Shown here: positions 21,456 through 23,766 of the stretch, in pieces
Numbering within the stretch: position 1 is the stretch's first letter
Layout: every line of letters begins with the position of its first letter
Origin: Tubiluchus corallicola
Lineage: Eukaryota; Animalia; Priapulida
Direction: 5' to 3'
Assembly: GCA_030141605.1 (NCBI GenBank)
Contig: JAQGDQ010001832.1
Location: 1-23,766 of the forward strand
Length of the DNA: 23,766 nucleotides
Position numbers and translations under genes: made by a program
The notes under the pieces: model-generated
The model's input: only the letters and a program-made list of their open reading frames with translations
Told to the model about the DNA's origin: nothing
Databases searched by the model: none

Positions 21456-22363
21456 AATTTTATTTACACAGAAATGTAAAACTGATGATTGTTGAATATC
21501 GAAAAGCTCTACATCGTATACTTGGCATATTATATAACTGCCATTATGCAATAACGATAACGATTGCTGAAACAACCTTCCCTAAATTTTTAAGCATATG
21601 TTTAAACTGATGGCGTTAAGAAGTACAGTTTTAATGTCACTGTTGCTTTTAAACATCAATTCTAGGAGTGAATAGGATATTTATCGTACAAAATATTTCC
21701 AGTTTTAATAACACTGCTCTTAGTAACTGCTAAAGCCAGTGTGAACCTAACTTAATAAACTTTAAACTTTCTAGCTATATAAATAAATGTTAGTGTCTCT
21801 GAGAAGCATTTACGACAACTTCAAAAGTCTCAGTTGTATTTTCATATAAACCACTGATCTTTATTTCTGCAACATTTAAAACGAAAAAATAGAAAGGCAA
21901 AGGTGACTGACATTGGCTAATTTAGTTAGATTGTTAATGAATAATGAATCAATGAATAAATCAAAATTAAAATTAATAGAAGTAAACTTACATCGTTGCG
22001 GCATATATCTAAATGAAAAATTTCACTAGCTTGTACAAGACATGTTCACTCATTCAACAGAACAGCATAATGACAAACATAACTAGGTCAGTGCACACAC
22101 TTTAAACTTTCTAACTAGATGGAGCCACCTTTGCTACAAAATTAAAATTTATTAAGTCAGGTTCACACTGGCCTTAACAGTAACTGTTCTGCACTGGCTT
22201 ACAGAAGGGGTAAATCACCTACCTGGCTTTTCGAACGAAGAAATTTACCAGATTTTGTATTATACTATAACTAACTAATGTAAATATTCTTGTATGTTAT
22301 TACTAACAAATATTGATGAATTGCACTGTTATAATATGTAATATGTGCGCATATGTAATGTAA

Positions 22364-22619
22364 GCCACTGCCACCATCACTGCCCCCGTCACCGTAATCA
22401 TCATCATCATCATCATCATCATCAACATCATCGTCATCATCATCATTGTTATCTTCATCATCATCATTATCCTCATCATCACCGTCGTCATCGCCATCAT
22501 CATCATCATCATCATCACAATCGTAATCATTTTCATCATCATCATTGTCATCTTCATTATTGTCGTTATCGTCATCATTATCATTATTATTGTCATCGTC
22601 ATCACAATCGTCATCATTG
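22364..22619. repeat. Degenerate (CAT)n microsatellite
   Basis: Direct reading; CAT/CGT/TAT/CAC triplets. Confidence 0.95.
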
Positions 22620-22895
22620 TAACAGTGTACGACTGACAGTGTTGCTTACGTTATCTCAAAGTTGTGATATTACTATAGTATAGTTAGAGTTCCAATCTGT
22701 TATCCCTCGTCTCATCATCTTATTGCCAAACCTTGTACACAACTCGATCAGTACTGGTCGAAATACTGTTCCTATAACCTGTACAATTTACTTTGCTCTA
22801 AAAATGGTGATCTGAACTTAGTTGAATTTCTGCGCACATAATAATTAGCTGATCTTGAAGTTCCTCAGCAAGTAGAAACAGTTAGCCGTTGTACC

Positions 22896-23413
22896 AAATT
22901 GTGGATGGAGCTTTGATATGCTATTGCAAGTTAGCACGAAACAACTAAAACAGGAGCTTTGATCATACTGTGACAAGTTAGTACAAAACTACTAAATTGT
23001 GGATGGAGCTTTGGTCGTACTGTGGCAAGTTAGTACAAAACTACTAAACTGTGGATGGAGCTTTGGTCGTTCTGTGACAAGTTAGTACAAATCTACTAAA
23101 TTGTGGATGGAGCTTTGGTCGTACTGTGGCAAGTTAGTACAAAACTACTAAACTGTGGATGGAGCTTTGGTCGTACTGTGGCAAGTTACTACAGAACTAC
23201 TAAACTGTGGATGGAGCTTTGGTCGTACTGTGGCAAGTTAGTACAAAACTACTAAACTGTGGATGGAGCTTTGGTCGTACTGTGGCAAGTTTGTACAGAA
23301 CTGCCAAACTGTGGATGGAGCTTTGGTCGTACTGTGACAAGTTTGTACAAAACTAATAAATTGTGGATGGAGCTTTGGTCGTACTGTGGCAAGTTAGCAC
23401 GAAACCACTAAAT
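22896..23413. repeat. 52-bp minisatellite, about 10 units
   Basis: Unit AAAYTGTGGATGGAGCTTTGGTCGTACTGTGRCAAGTTAGTACAAAACTACT. Confidence 0.96.
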
Positions 23414-23598
23414 TCTAAATTATGGTTTTTCTCTCTGAAAGAAAGCACTGATTGAAATACATTTAATTACCTTTTCACGAAGGGATCAACGGATTTTGCC
23501 AAACGCTACTCGGGGTGGCATGTAGTTTAGTTTAAGCGTTTTATTCATATTAGTTATATTTCAAACCACAAACTTTTTGTAAATTAAACATGACACGA

Positions 23599-23627
23599 TG
23601 CGTATGCGTATGCCTTACGCATACGCA
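23599..23627. other. Perfect 12-bp inverted repeat (hairpin)
   Basis: TGCGTATGCGTA-tgcct-TACGCATACGCA. Confidence 0.85.
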
Positions 23628-23629
23628 AA

Positions 23630-23766
23630 AAGGAAAGATTTGCACCTTTCTTGTGTGTCTAAAAAGTAAGGAATTGCAGCTTTCTTATGTATGCATAAGA
23701 AGGAAAGATTTGCACTTTTTTGTGTATGTGTGAGAAGGAAAGATTTGCACTTTTTTGTGTACGTGT
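23630..23766. repeat. About 35-bp tandem repeat running off the window end
   Basis: AAGGAAAGATTTGCAC(T/C)TTT at 23630, 23700 and 23735, with a degenerate unit near 23668. Confidence 0.8.

Noticed and set aside
22181-22278. TVLHWLTE as the Mab21 KT.hhW..E motif of a cGLR exon
   Set aside because: No preceding SY.LK, early stop, and splicing here from 20697 would skip the LVPK/WRLSF region.
22303-22683. His-rich and Met-rich ORFs as metal-binding proteins
   Set aside because: Translations of a degenerate (CAT)n microsatellite without splice or start context.

Overview
AT-rich, intron-containing genomic DNA, most consistent with an invertebrate animal; nothing prokaryotic (no operons, CRISPR, rRNA or tRNA seen). 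Two spliced genes point away from each other across about 11 kb of repeat-rich spacer. (1) Minus strand: a secreted multi-CUB-domain protein, rebuilt by hand as six phase-compatible GT-AG exons (7871-7964 signal peptide, 6550-6743, 5849-6086, 5293-5456, 3480-3726, 2430-2590). It encodes 2.5 CUB domains with Thr/Pro-rich linkers and apparently runs off the left edge. Its first intron holds a duplicated copy of exon 2 whose 18-bp unit has expanded into a (TTDPAW)n array with in-frame TGA codons. (2) Plus strand: a cGAS-like receptor (cGLR, Mab21-family nucleotidyltransferase), exons 19120-19654 and 20503-20697, with all three catalytic acidic residues intact and a long insertion in the N-lobe; its C-terminal exons were not confidently found. 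The rest is minisatellites (16, 18, 24, 35, 52 and 64 bp units), trinucleotide microsatellites, two TIR-bounded MITEs, a twice-present dispersed repeat and a probable LINE 3' fragment. Most ORF-track entries are shadow frames or repeat artefacts. All calls come from reading the sequence by eye; no database search was run.
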